From an uncultured archaeon (GTDB lineage: Archaea; Asgardarchaeota; Thorarchaeia; Thorarchaeales; Thorarchaeaceae): a DNA stretch of 34,872 nt. The notes beneath the pieces were generated by a model. The model saw only the letters and a list, made by a program, of their open reading frames with translations. It was not told where the DNA came from and did no database searches. The position numbers were made by a program, and so were the translations under genes. Positions 17,372 through 26,848 of the stretch are shown piece by piece. How positions within the stretch are numbered: position 1 is the first letter of the stretch; each line of letters starts with the position of its first letter. The stretch spans positions 1 through 34,872 of the forward strand of contig CAYYQL010000025.1 in the NCBI GenBank assembly GCA_964473825.1. Direction: 5' to 3'.

Positions 17372-18667
17372 TCACCTTATGTATCGAAGTGCCCTGGTGG
17401 TTTCCCAAGTCACATGCTTCCCGAGCTTGCGAAGAACCTCAATGATTCTGTTAACCGGGACAGAAGTGCGTGATGCTATCTCACTGAGCGACAGGCTACC
17501 ATCACAGTACTTCCATATTGAATCAATGATGTCGTAGTCTCTCTTAGGGATTCCTATGACCTCTAAGTATGCAGCTAATCTCTCGTTTCGTTCTTCCATA
17601 ACTGGAAAGAGCTTGGCTATATGCGCCACACCCCTGGAGATGAGAGTTGCTAAAGCCTCAGTGAGGTTGCCTTTCGGAATTGAATTCTCTTCAGCTATTT
17701 CACCTACCGTTTTTTTACCATCTGAAGTCTTTAGAATCTTGATAGACGCAGATTGTGAAGCCTCAGACATGTTGTCAAACAAGGCTCTAGAACGCGAGAG
17801 TGCTTCATCAGTCGGGACAAGAAGCTCAATGGTATCGTGGGGATAGAATGAGCCGGGCTCGTCGATCTGTTCCTTGTGAATCAGCCGCATCTTTCCGAAA
17901 TCGATTCTGGAGATTAGTCTTTGAAAGGGGCTGATGAGCTTCTGGTAGAACTCGATTTTTTGACCTGCCCTGACAACAAATGTGCAGACTCCGACCTCAC
18001 ACCTAGTGATGAAGAAAGAAGATACTGGCTCCAGACTAGTATGAACAACCATGAGGCTCTCCTCAACTCCTTTCTCATTCAGACTCTCGAGCAAATCAAG
18101 AATCGCCTCTAATTCATATGCCCTGAGATTGGATACGACGATATGCCCCTCCCAAGTCAAGAGCCCGCCTCTTAAGATGCTATCATGCGCTTCGATTTCA
18201 GACAAGACAACTTTCATCTGTCGAAGCTCTTCAGGGGGAAGCAAAGCCGTATCATATCTTCGTGCCAGACTTGGAATTCCATCAAACTTCTGCAGTGTCA
18301 TCTCGACAGAATCAGTGAAGACTCTGAAGTTCTTGAAGAAGATATCCTCTTTCTTGAGGTCGGCATAGAACTTGCTCACAAATTGCTCTGCTAACTCCTC
18401 AAGGATGACACGGTAGACCTCTGCACTATCATCCTGGGAAACAAGAGCAATGAAGTACAAGTCTCCCTTCTTGACCCATACAAACTTACTCTCTGCAAAA
18501 GACATCATGGTCAGCTGTCCTTCGCCTGCCTGCTCTACCAGCGAGCCAATAGCTGACAGGAACGCACTGACAATCTCATCGAGCTGCTTTGTTCCATAGA
18601 CGCTGTAGTGGAAAAGTGGGATTCCCGAGTCACGCAGAATCACGATCTCTTTGACCACTTGTACCAC
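17372..18667 (-). CDS. Longin + roadblock-like + tandem winged-helix protein
   Basis: N-terminal SGIPLFHY…DEIVSAFLSAI longin pattern. Middle GGLLTWEGHIVVS resembles roadblock. Two DG-x2-T/S-x2-EI HTH units follow. Confidence 0.72.
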   Translation of the reverse strand: MVQVVKEIVILRDSGIPLFHYSVYGTKQLDEIVSAFLSAIGSLVEQAGEGQLTMMSFAESKFVWVKKGDLYFIALVSQDDSAEVYRVILEELAEQFVSKFYADLKKEDIFFKNFRVFTDSVEMTLQKFDGIPSLARRYDTALLPPEELRQMKVVLSEIEAHDSILRGGLLTWEGHIVVSNLRAYELEAILDLLESLNEKGVEESLMVVHTSLEPVSSFFITRCEVGVCTFVVRAGQKIEFYQKLISPFQRLISRIDFGKMRLIHKEQIDEPGSFYPHDTIELLVPTDEALSRSRALFDNMSEASQSASIKILKTSDGKKTVGEIAEENSIPKGNLTEALATLISRGVAHIAKLFPVMEERNERLAAYLEVIGIPKRDYDIIDSIWKYCDGSLSLSEIASRTSVPVNRIIEVLRKLGKHVTWETTRALRYIR

Positions 18668-18737
18668 GACCTAAAGTAACATTGTTCCTCTTGAGCTTTG
18701 CATGCATATAACTGCTGTCAGTGGATGAGAGCCGATT

Positions 18738-19652
18738 CTACTCTATCCTATGATCATAACCGGACATGTGCTGGACTCCCACCAATTTCCAGTCTACCTC
18801 GTCCCCAAGCTTCTCAAGTACTTCGTGCATGCGCTCTGATGTTACTCCGAGTCGTTCTGATATTTCTTCTATTGTTCTCTGACCATTGCAGAGAGGTTTA
18901 GCCCGTATCAAGAGCTGGTAGTCCTTTCTTGGTAGGCCTACCAAGTCCAGATACGCATCGAAACGGGAATCATTCTCTTTGAGAAGCGGGCATAGTTTCA
19001 TTACCTCTAAGACGCCCCAAATCGCCAAGTACTCGATGATTTCCGTTACCTCTTCCTCTTCTATGCCAATGCGTTCACTGATGGCATTGATCGTTGATCG
19101 TCCGTCGATTGCATCAAGAACACTACTACCTGTTCCAGCAAAATCCCTATGAAACTCGTCTAAGAGGCCCTCTGATTCGATTGCTGCTTGCAGAACATCT
19201 CTTCTGATAATGGGTACTACAAAAGAGGTAAGACTTGATGTTGTTTTCAAGACTCCCTGATAGAATGTCATCGCCCGTCTGACTTCGCATTCGAAGTCTG
19301 CGAACTTCTGCTCTATGCACTTGTCGTCATTGAGTTCTGTTCTGTATCTCGTTATGAACTTGCGGCTCAGGTCTTTGAGAACCGCTCTAACCAACCGTAT
19401 TGGAGCTCCCGAGTCCACTAAGAACAAGAATATCTCTTCCTGCTCAGGTTGTTCATAGAGAACCTCAGAACCTTCAAACGAGAGGCTCTGAACAGACTTT
19501 TCTCCAAACTCGGTTGCGAAGCTCGATATAGCGGAGAGAAAGCCGGACAACAGCTCGTCAAAACGTCGCACATTGGTGGGGGAGTAGTGGAAGATCGGTA
19601 CACCGCCTGCAGTAATGACCATGAATTCGTGAATCTTGAGTCTGTTAGCCAA
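18738..19652 (-). CDS. Longin + tandem winged-helix protein (NPRL2-like architecture), paralog of 17372-18667
   Basis: GGVPIFHY…DELLSGFLSAI; VLDAIDGRSTINAIS…IIEYLAIWGVL; CNGQRTIEEISERLGV. Confidence 0.75.
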   Translation of the reverse strand: MANRLKIHEFMVITAGGVPIFHYSPTNVRRFDELLSGFLSAISSFATEFGEKSVQSLSFEGSEVLYEQPEQEEIFLFLVDSGAPIRLVRAVLKDLSRKFITRYRTELNDDKCIEQKFADFECEVRRAMTFYQGVLKTTSSLTSFVVPIIRRDVLQAAIESEGLLDEFHRDFAGTGSSVLDAIDGRSTINAISERIGIEEEEVTEIIEYLAIWGVLEVMKLCPLLKENDSRFDAYLDLVGLPRKDYQLLIRAKPLCNGQRTIEEISERLGVTSERMHEVLEKLGDEVDWKLVGVQHMSGYDHRIE

Positions 19653-19796
19653 CAGCAGGGCACCACTGAGAGGGTTCCAACGAATGTGATTTTAAGCTAT
19701 GTCGTTCGTCCATTTTTGGGTCTATCACCGAAACTTGGCAGGAATCGGCTTATTAGAAGGGACACCTGCAAGATATCTCGTTGTTCGGTGAGGAAG

Positions 19797-21401
19797 ATGC
19801 TTGAATATCGCCAATTTCCGCGGAGGACTGCAGTCTACTACTTGCTCTATGCACCGGTTCTGTCCTACTTCCTTTCGGTTATTGCTCGTCTTATCGATGC
19901 AACTCTGTTCTACTTCGACTCTGGACAACACTTGTCTCTTCTCGGACTGTCTTCAGCATGTGGGGCGATTGGACTGTTCATCAGCGCAATGATAGTTGAC
20001 AGGACTCGAAAGACCGACTTACTCATGATAGTAGCATCCCTCTTTCCCTTGGGGCTTGGAATGACGCTTTCGATTCTGGGCTCACCAAGTACTCATAGCC
20101 CCTCGATTGAATATGCTTTGGTCGGATCTGTCTTCTTCGGTCTATCCCTGCTACTTGTGAGCTGGACCAATCAGCTCAATGAGACTGTGGTTGTTCGATT
20201 CAGAGGGCGTATTGCTGCTCTTTTCCTGTTCCTCTCATTGTTGATTCTGTTCATTTACGATCTTCTCGGCTTGACCGAAGTCATAATCGAGATCTTTGGA
20301 ACCCCGCTGATAGAAACCGTGGCCACACTATCTGTGTTTATTGCAGCAGCCTTCAGACCGTGGAGGTGGGAGCATCATCCGCTCGCGGTGAGGGGTAAGA
20401 CATCTGGCTACTTCTATCCGATGGTTTTGATTCTGGGTGCACACATTCTGTGGTACTTCTCGACGAAGAGTAACGTGGCAGCCCTGTTTGAAATCATAGG
20501 GGAATCTTGGTCGGGATCTATTGCCATCGACTCGGACTGGAGTCTCTACCAACCGTTGATGCTCGGTGCGGGCATCATTATGGCAGGATTTCTTGCAGAT
20601 ACAAAGGGACGCAAGACCGCCTTCAGTTTCGCCGTTCTCTTGGTGGGAATGCTTGCCATCTTCGGATCTGCAACTTATGGATTGGTTTCTGTTGGTGGGA
20701 GCACAGAAGTGCTTTTGCGCTCAGGCACACTTCTTGTTGGAGAGCGTTTTGTGGAGGGATATCTTCTGGGGCTTTGTTCTCTTTTGATCTGGGGCGAGAT
20801 TGGGATGCCCAAGAATCGAGCTTTGAGGCTTTCACTTGTCTGGCTGTTCTTCATAGGTTATATGGCTCTATTCTGGGCTGTTGACCTACAAGCATTTGGA
20901 TGGGGAATCCCTGGATGGGTTACTGAGCTGGGACGGGAGTTTGCAATAGTTCTATCGCTTCTTGGTCTGTACTGGACTGCGAATCTTCCTGAGATCTTAG
21001 GGCGCGAAATTGAGATGGAAAAACTTCGACTGGATTTCGATCAAGATTTGGTTGAGGAGACAGTTGAGGCCTTTGTTGAAGCAGATGATTTCGAATCGAT
21101 AAGAAGTCAGCTGGACATCATAGAAACGGCTCCAGATATCAGCGAAAACGAGATGTCCGAGATACTTGGTGAAGATTTCAATGACATTCTTCCCATGCGA
21201 AGAATACCCGGAATTGGTCCAGCATTGGAGGAAAAGCTCCGAAAAGCAGGTTATGTTTCTGCCGCTCAAGTCGCAGGAGAGACTCCAGGTCGTCTGGCGT
21301 CCAAAGTGAAAGGGATGAGTGAGACGGGAGCTGACAAAATTATACGGGCAGCAAGAAGTCGTGTTAAGCAAACACTGGAATCTGAGAATTCTAGCGAGTG
21401 A
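19797..21401 (+). CDS. MFS-like multi-TM membrane protein fused to a C-terminal helix-hairpin-helix domain
   Basis: About 12 TM segments with IVDRTRK and LADTKGRK motif-A-like loops, an acidic linker and RIPGIGPALEEKLRKAGY…KGMSETGADKII. Likely ATG at 19797; the track's extension overlaps the divergent gene. Confidence 0.75.
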   Translation: MLEYRQFPRRTAVYYLLYAPVLSYFLSVIARLIDATLFYFDSGQHLSLLGLSSACGAIGLFISAMIVDRTRKTDLLMIVASLFPLGLGMTLSILGSPSTHSPSIEYALVGSVFFGLSLLLVSWTNQLNETVVVRFRGRIAALFLFLSLLILFIYDLLGLTEVIIEIFGTPLIETVATLSVFIAAAFRPWRWEHHPLAVRGKTSGYFYPMVLILGAHILWYFSTKSNVAALFEIIGESWSGSIAIDSDWSLYQPLMLGAGIIMAGFLADTKGRKTAFSFAVLLVGMLAIFGSATYGLVSVGGSTEVLLRSGTLLVGERFVEGYLLGLCSLLIWGEIGMPKNRALRLSLVWLFFIGYMALFWAVDLQAFGWGIPGWVTELGREFAIVLSLLGLYWTANLPEILGREIEMEKLRLDFDQDLVEETVEAFVEADDFESIRSQLDIIETAPDISENEMSEILGEDFNDILPMRRIPGIGPALEEKLRKAGYVSAAQVAGETPGRLASKVKGMSETGADKIIRAARSRVKQTLESENSSE

Positions 21402-21416
21402 TAACACCGGGGCATC

Positions 21417-22271
21417 TCACTCAGACTTTGCTAAAAGGCTCTTCTTTGTCCTGACTCCATTCTCCTTTCGATGGGGTGTTCTCAGTACGCTGTCATTTGC
21501 CTTCTCAATCTCACGAGCTTCGTCAACAAGCTGCGAGGCTCCACGCACCATCTCGTGAGCTGCTGCAACCATCATTAGGTACCTGTTTCGTTCTTTTTCC
21601 CGAAAGCAGGCATAGGTTGTTATTGGTGCTACGGATTCTAAGATGTGAAGGGCTGCATGTGCTTTGGCTGCGGCGTACGGGTTACTGAAGCCCGCGTGCT
21701 GTGCCGCATACTCCTTGGTGAGTACTAAACGAGGTAGTTGCATCTCTCCTTTTCTTGCTGATTCTAGTGCACCATCAATCAAATGGTGTGTGGCTCTGAT
21801 GACGCCCGCTGAGGCTAGTACGTTGACCAGGTGTCCGTTGAAGACCACCATCTCGGTTGCATCCAGAAAGTCTCTGCGAGCACCAATCATCGGGTCCATC
21901 GGTATTATGATGAACCCTTCCTCATCAGGTAGGTCTGCTATGATCTTGCCGTCTTTCTGGAGGAACGCTTTCTTGCCCGGGGCGTCTGTGACCGAAATAC
22001 TCGGATAGCCCTCCTCTGTCAGGATTGAGCGGACAGCCGCAGGGCCCGGCAATGAGGCATTGGGAGTTGCTATCAAGAAGAGGTCCGACTCTTTTTTCTT
22101 TGCCTGTTCTGCGATATCTTGGCATAGACTGGGTGTCAATTTAGAACCCGTTCCGAAGCTGACCACCTCAATGTCATCTCTTTCAGCTCTCTCGTCGAGA
22201 ATCAAGTCAATGAATGGTAGGCTCCCTATGCAGCCCAGTTTCACCACTGCTAGTTTCATCTTCTTCACCAT
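21417..22271 (-). CDS. mtd: F420-dependent methylene-H4MPT dehydrogenase
   Basis: KLGCIGS, LDERAER, DPMIGARRDFLD, FSNPYA-AKA, AAHEM and VLRTPH. Confidence 0.93.
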   Translation of the reverse strand: MVKKMKLAVVKLGCIGSLPFIDLILDERAERDDIEVVSFGTGSKLTPSLCQDIAEQAKKKESDLFLIATPNASLPGPAAVRSILTEEGYPSISVTDAPGKKAFLQKDGKIIADLPDEEGFIIIPMDPMIGARRDFLDATEMVVFNGHLVNVLASAGVIRATHHLIDGALESARKGEMQLPRLVLTKEYAAQHAGFSNPYAAAKAHAALHILESVAPITTYACFREKERNRYLMMVAAAHEMVRGASQLVDEAREIEKANDSVLRTPHRKENGVRTKKSLLAKSE

Positions 22272-22321
22272 GAGCAATCCCGTCATGTGAACACTGGATT
22301 AGCAAGAAAAAACGCTTGTGG

Positions 22322-23257
22322 TCATTCATCTTTGCTGAGTTGGATCTTCGGATAGTATGCTAAACCAGTCCCTCCGAGGATGTCTACCTTGTCCAGGCGT
22401 GCACTACATGCAGCACAATCAAGTACAATTCTGGGATCCGCCGAAGCCGTGCTACAGCTATTGCAGAGTAGTTCCACATCTAGGACATTCAGGCTAGCAA
22501 CGTCGATAGACTTCTTGCAGTGTTGGCAGGATACCTCGAGTAAATCGTCCACTATCACTGTTTGAGCCCTCTTGCCGCAATGGGGGCAGAAGATCTGGTA
22601 CACCTTGTAGAGATCTACACTCCCACAACTGGGACAAGACAGAAGAACGTGGATTTCACTCGAGCCGCATTTCCTGCACTGTATTTTTCTCCCGTATGTT
22701 TTGGCCACAATCACGCCAGCATTCTCAAGATCACTGAGGGTTCGTGAAACTTCTTCATCAGAGCTAGAGAGGCGGTGAGAAGCCTCTGGATATACCTCAA
22801 CCCCCTTCATGACGCTACGCGGACGGAGCACTTCAATGCGTCCCTCAATCATGTCCTGCAAGAGCGTCCTGATTTCCTTCTGCTGAAGCAGATCGTCTCC
22901 AGTTGATCGCTCAAGTAGCTGGTTAAGTCTAGTGAATGCTCTACTTATCTCGGTGTCCCAATCGGTGCTGTCAAAGTCAATCTCTTCAGAGAGTCTCTGG
23001 AGGTTTCTCTCAACGAGCTGCGGCTTATCGTCCTTGTCTAGCAGAACTGCTATGCAGTTGGGGGACTGTAACAATGATATCACGAGTCCCCTATTCAGGT
23101 TACAGTAGCCAATTCTGGCCTCTTGGTGTACTCCGTGTCCCATGAAAATCGCAACGGCATCCTCACTACTGAGTTCCTGTTCATCAGGGGGATGTGCACG
23201 ACCGACCATCGGTCCCAGACGGTCGTCCCACCAGATAGAAAACATTGCCTTTGGCAT
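22322..23257 (-). CDS. Longin/uDENN-like N-domain fused to a multi-Zn-ribbon (TackOD1-like) domain
   Basis: FSIWWDDRLGP-x6-P N-terminus; YP…LSDLENAGVI followed by six CxxC pairs. Confidence 0.65.
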   Translation of the reverse strand: MPKAMFSIWWDDRLGPMVGRAHPPDEQELSSEDAVAIFMGHGVHQEARIGYCNLNRGLVISLLQSPNCIAVLLDKDDKPQLVERNLQRLSEEIDFDSTDWDTEISRAFTRLNQLLERSTGDDLLQQKEIRTLLQDMIEGRIEVLRPRSVMKGVEVYPEASHRLSSSDEEVSRTLSDLENAGVIVAKTYGRKIQCRKCGSSEIHVLLSCPSCGSVDLYKVYQIFCPHCGKRAQTVIVDDLLEVSCQHCKKSIDVASLNVLDVELLCNSCSTASADPRIVLDCAACSARLDKVDILGGTGLAYYPKIQLSKDE

Positions 23258-23411
23258 GGTCTGCAGACGGTCTCCACATGTTTTGATGTTTGTTCCCTTG
23301 TCGGCTTAATAGCGTTGGGTGCATGAACTCAATCGACGGTAAAGTATAAAACCACGCCTCTGGGTTCGACCGTTACAGAACGAGACTCGGTTATACAAGG
23401 GTGTCAGACAG

Positions 23412-25151
23412 ATGGTCTCCAGACAGATAACGAAATCAATTGTACTAATGCTGTGCATATGGTTGGCTCTGAGCCCGACGTTTTCCAGAGTACACAATAT
23501 GACCAACTCCTTCGGTGGGGCAACCACCATTCATGGGATTGCAGAAATCTCGATCGAGGATGTGAAGGACATTGGGATTGAGAATGGTACTCGCGGCGAG
23601 AGAATAGTCTGGAATGCAACTGCTGAAGAACCAAAGAATTTCACCATCACAAGAGATGGAGATGTTTATGATTCGGGGGACTGGGATGGCGGGCTTCTGA
23701 CGGTGGACCTGGACCATCTGTATGAACAGAACCTCACTTACTCCTTGAACGTGACCTTCACCTTTGTCTGTACGGTATTCAATCAGGCGAATGAATCTGC
23801 ATCCGATGCCGTTGATGTCACTGTCTATCCCGATGAGAGACCACCAATCATTACAGCACCTGACGATTTCGAGTACGAAGAGGGGAGTTTCGGTCACGAG
23901 ATTCAATGGAACATCACTGAGTCAAACCCCGATTTCTATAACATCACGAGACAATCAAATCAAGAAACAGATAATTTCACAATAGTCGAAAGTGGTGACT
24001 GGGATGGGAGCAATATCACTATCAATGTTGATGGATTGAATGCATCATATTGGTATGCCTTCACTCTATCTGTGAATGACACTCTAGGATTCAACGCCAC
24101 TAGTACAGTCAACGTCACCGTGTACCCTGATCTCAGCGATCCCGAGCTATCCTCAGCTGAGGACATTGCATATGAATTCGGTGCCAAGGGTAATAGCATC
24201 TCTTGGTTCGCCTACGATAGCAATCCCAGCAATCTTTCGCTGACAGTGTATATCCACTACATCAATGAAACATACGGCAACGCGACAAATCTCCATACCC
24301 CTCAGAACTTCACGGCGGATTGGAGCTTCGATAGCCCCAAGGGTGATAACATCACATTCACCCTTGACTATCTATATCTAGGCAACTACACATTTGAGTT
24401 GACGGTCTTTGACCTTTATGGTCGCAACGCCTCCGATTCAGCAAATGTGACTGTCTTCAGGGACTTGCGTGCTCCCATTGTAACTACCAATGATAGCTTC
24501 TCCTACGAGGAAGGATTCACTGGGTATTCTATAGTCTGGTCAGCAGAAGAAAACAATCCCAAGCTCTTCAACTTAACACTAAACGGTTCGGTCCTTCAAG
24601 CTGGTGTCTGGGATGGAAAGAACATCACCGCCAGCGCTGATGGACTGTCAGTAGGTCCTCATACATTCAATCTAACACTGGTGGACTATTTCAATCAGAC
24701 TACGATATCACTTGTTGGTGTCACAGTTACTCCTGATTCCATTCTTCCTACGGTGGGTCAGTTCCAGGTCCTGCAAGCATATGCCTCCCCTGGAATGACC
24801 AACATGTCAGTCCAGGCTTATGTGTGGGATCTCAATGATGTCAGGAATGTGACTCTTGAATGGGGTACCGACCCCTCAAATCCTGCGAACAAGAGCATGG
24901 ATCGAATATCGAATGATTTCTACTACGCATCAGTGGGCGCTTATCCTGTTGGAACAAAGGTCTGGTATCGTGTGGTGGCCGTGGACAACTCTACACAGAA
25001 AAACGCATTCGCCACAGAATGGACAGTAATCGAGATTCGTGACTTACAGAGTCCAAAGACGCCTGCGATATTATGGGGAACCGTTCTCGCCCTAGGTGTA
25101 GTGTCAAGTCTAGTCCTGCTGTCTATCTACTTCAGAACCAAGACTAGATAG
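23412..25151 (+). CDS. Membrane-anchored cell-surface glycoprotein with Ig-like repeats
   Basis: Signal peptide, repeated D-x2-P…YE-G…I-W…NP units, many N-x-S/T sequons and a C-terminal TM with basic tail. Confidence 0.85.
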   Translation: MVSRQITKSIVLMLCIWLALSPTFSRVHNMTNSFGGATTIHGIAEISIEDVKDIGIENGTRGERIVWNATAEEPKNFTITRDGDVYDSGDWDGGLLTVDLDHLYEQNLTYSLNVTFTFVCTVFNQANESASDAVDVTVYPDERPPIITAPDDFEYEEGSFGHEIQWNITESNPDFYNITRQSNQETDNFTIVESGDWDGSNITINVDGLNASYWYAFTLSVNDTLGFNATSTVNVTVYPDLSDPELSSAEDIAYEFGAKGNSISWFAYDSNPSNLSLTVYIHYINETYGNATNLHTPQNFTADWSFDSPKGDNITFTLDYLYLGNYTFELTVFDLYGRNASDSANVTVFRDLRAPIVTTNDSFSYEEGFTGYSIVWSAEENNPKLFNLTLNGSVLQAGVWDGKNITASADGLSVGPHTFNLTLVDYFNQTTISLVGVTVTPDSILPTVGQFQVLQAYASPGMTNMSVQAYVWDLNDVRNVTLEWGTDPSNPANKSMDRISNDFYYASVGAYPVGTKVWYRVVAVDNSTQKNAFATEWTVIEIRDLQSPKTPAILWGTVLALGVVSSLVLLSIYFRTKTR

Positions 25152-25659
25152 AGCCCTTGAGAAGTGACATAACGCGATTCGGAATCTCGTCTCGGTCTTG
25201 ATGCGTTATTTCCATTAGGGTGACATCATCCCTAGAACGAATCTCATCCAAGAACTCTGTGGATTTGTTCTGTATTGTACCTATCGTCTTACCTGCATCC
25301 AGACAGTTCAGAACTTCAGTCTTGAACTCCGGAGAGAAGAGCTCCATTTTCGCTATCTCGTCGACTATCACAATCTTCTCCTCATTTCGTGCCTGGCTCA
25401 TTGCAGGTACAGCTATCTCACGAACAGCAGTCACATTAACGGTGTACTTGCTGACTCTTGGTCCGGCTGGGAGCTGGACATGAGCCAGAATGCCTTCCAG
25501 CCCATCTATTGTCCGAATCTTGAATCCAACTCGGTGTCTCCCCTCGCGTATCTCTTCAGACCAGAATCCTCCTGTCTTACTTGATCCTATCTTGGAGACT
25601 ATTCGACGTATCGCAGTTGTCTTTCCAACCCCCGGTGTTCCTGTCATCAAAATGTTCAA
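25144..25659 (-). CDS. Nucleoside-triphosphatase (THEP1/NTPase_1 family)
   Basis: MTGTPGVGKTT, GGFWSEEIRE-G-RVGF and IVDEIAKMEL. Confidence 0.93.
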   Translation of the reverse strand: MNILMTGTPGVGKTTAIRRIVSKIGSSKTGGFWSEEIREGRHRVGFKIRTIDGLEGILAHVQLPAGPRVSKYTVNVTAVREIAVPAMSQARNEEKIVIVDEIAKMELFSPEFKTEVLNCLDAGKTIGTIQNKSTEFLDEIRSRDDVTLMEITHQDRDEIPNRVMSLLKGSI

Positions 25660-25703
25660 TTGCTCGCCTCACTTTGGGTACTGGAGAATCGTGTCTTTGG
25701 CTA

Positions 25704-26744
25704 CTAGTGATTATAGCAACGCATGGCCTTAAGCTTGGCTATTCTTTCGATAGTAAGGCATTCTTTCTCATTCAGTGGTTCAGCTTTGATGGCCTTGCCT
25801 TGGACAGCCGCATCGAACAGCTTCTTGCCGGCAGAGGTTCGGACTAATACTGTGGTCAGCGAGTCGTCTGAGCCGATGTTGCCAAATGAAATGTCAGCAT
25901 TCACGCAAGTCAAGTCACGACAGAACTCGCAGGAAGTCGCTGCCACGGAATCAAGTTTGGCAACAGGCCATTCCTTTTGTTCATCAGCAAGAAGAACCCT
26001 GAATTTGCCCTTTGATATTTCCATCTTCACAACAGAACTGATTTCGATGCCTTCATTCTGTAAGAACCATTTCAACCCACTGTGACTGAATGATTCCATG
26101 CAGAAGAGCCCGAGTTTTATAATATGAAATCCATCCTGCGTATCAAAGTCTGAAACACCTCGCTCAAGGTTAGACAGTGAATCAATGGCGCAAGAAGTGC
26201 CTGTGACCGCAATCTTTGAAACTCCGGTTCGCAGCTCTCGAATCACGCAACCGATAACAGGAGCATGTGAGTACACTGTGCCTGTTGGTATCGCTTTAGG
26301 ATTGGCTGTACAGACTGCTCGGGGTTTCCAAGGGATATCGGTCATGGAAGACCCGCAGACCACTCTTTCAACCTCTCGTGTTGTCAGTGCATACTTCAGG
26401 AGTGAACTCACAACCCCCCCGTTCTGACCCTCTTCATGAATCAGTGACCGCGCTTTCCAAGCTTCGATGTAGTTGCCAACCAATCTCTCAGGAAAGACAA
26501 AGGTTCGGGGACAGACGGCATAGCACATACCACAGGCAATGCATTTCCCCGTTAACTTGGGAACGTATCTCTCATCAGTCCAGCTCCCTGTGAGCGCATC
26601 AACCGGGCATATCTCGACACATGCTCCGCACTCGGTGCAGACCCCCGTAGATATAATCTCTCTTTCCAGTTTCTTGAAAGCATTCCTTCTATCTGTCGTT
26701 TCGAGCCAGCTCTGAATGGCGGCCGTTGCTTTTTCGAAATCCAC
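25704..26744 (-). CDS. Coenzyme F420 hydrogenase/dehydrogenase beta-subunit family protein (FrhB/FpoF-like) with 2[4Fe-4S] ferredoxin domain
   Basis: CTECGACVEICP, CIACGMCYAVCP, GQNGGVVS, GLFCMESF, CEFCRD and ADISFG. Confidence 0.9.
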   Translation of the reverse strand: MDFEKATAAIQSWLETTDRRNAFKKLEREIISTGVCTECGACVEICPVDALTGSWTDERYVPKLTGKCIACGMCYAVCPRTFVFPERLVGNYIEAWKARSLIHEEGQNGGVVSSLLKYALTTREVERVVCGSSMTDIPWKPRAVCTANPKAIPTGTVYSHAPVIGCVIRELRTGVSKIAVTGTSCAIDSLSNLERGVSDFDTQDGFHIIKLGLFCMESFSHSGLKWFLQNEGIEISSVVKMEISKGKFRVLLADEQKEWPVAKLDSVAATSCEFCRDLTCVNADISFGNIGSDDSLTTVLVRTSAGKKLFDAAVQGKAIKAEPLNEKECLTIERIAKLKAMRCYNH

Positions 26745-26848
26745 TGGCTTGCCTCCTTGTTCTTACATCAACTATATACTGTCATATATTGATGCTGGAA
26801 GCCAAAGATTATATCACGAATCAAACGCCAAAGCGCTAGTTGGTTAGC

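Noticed and set aside
19449-19796. 116-aa N-terminal extension of the membrane/HhH protein in the ORF track
   Set aside because: It overlaps the divergent longin gene and its promoter region. The ATG at 19797 directly precedes the first TM segment.
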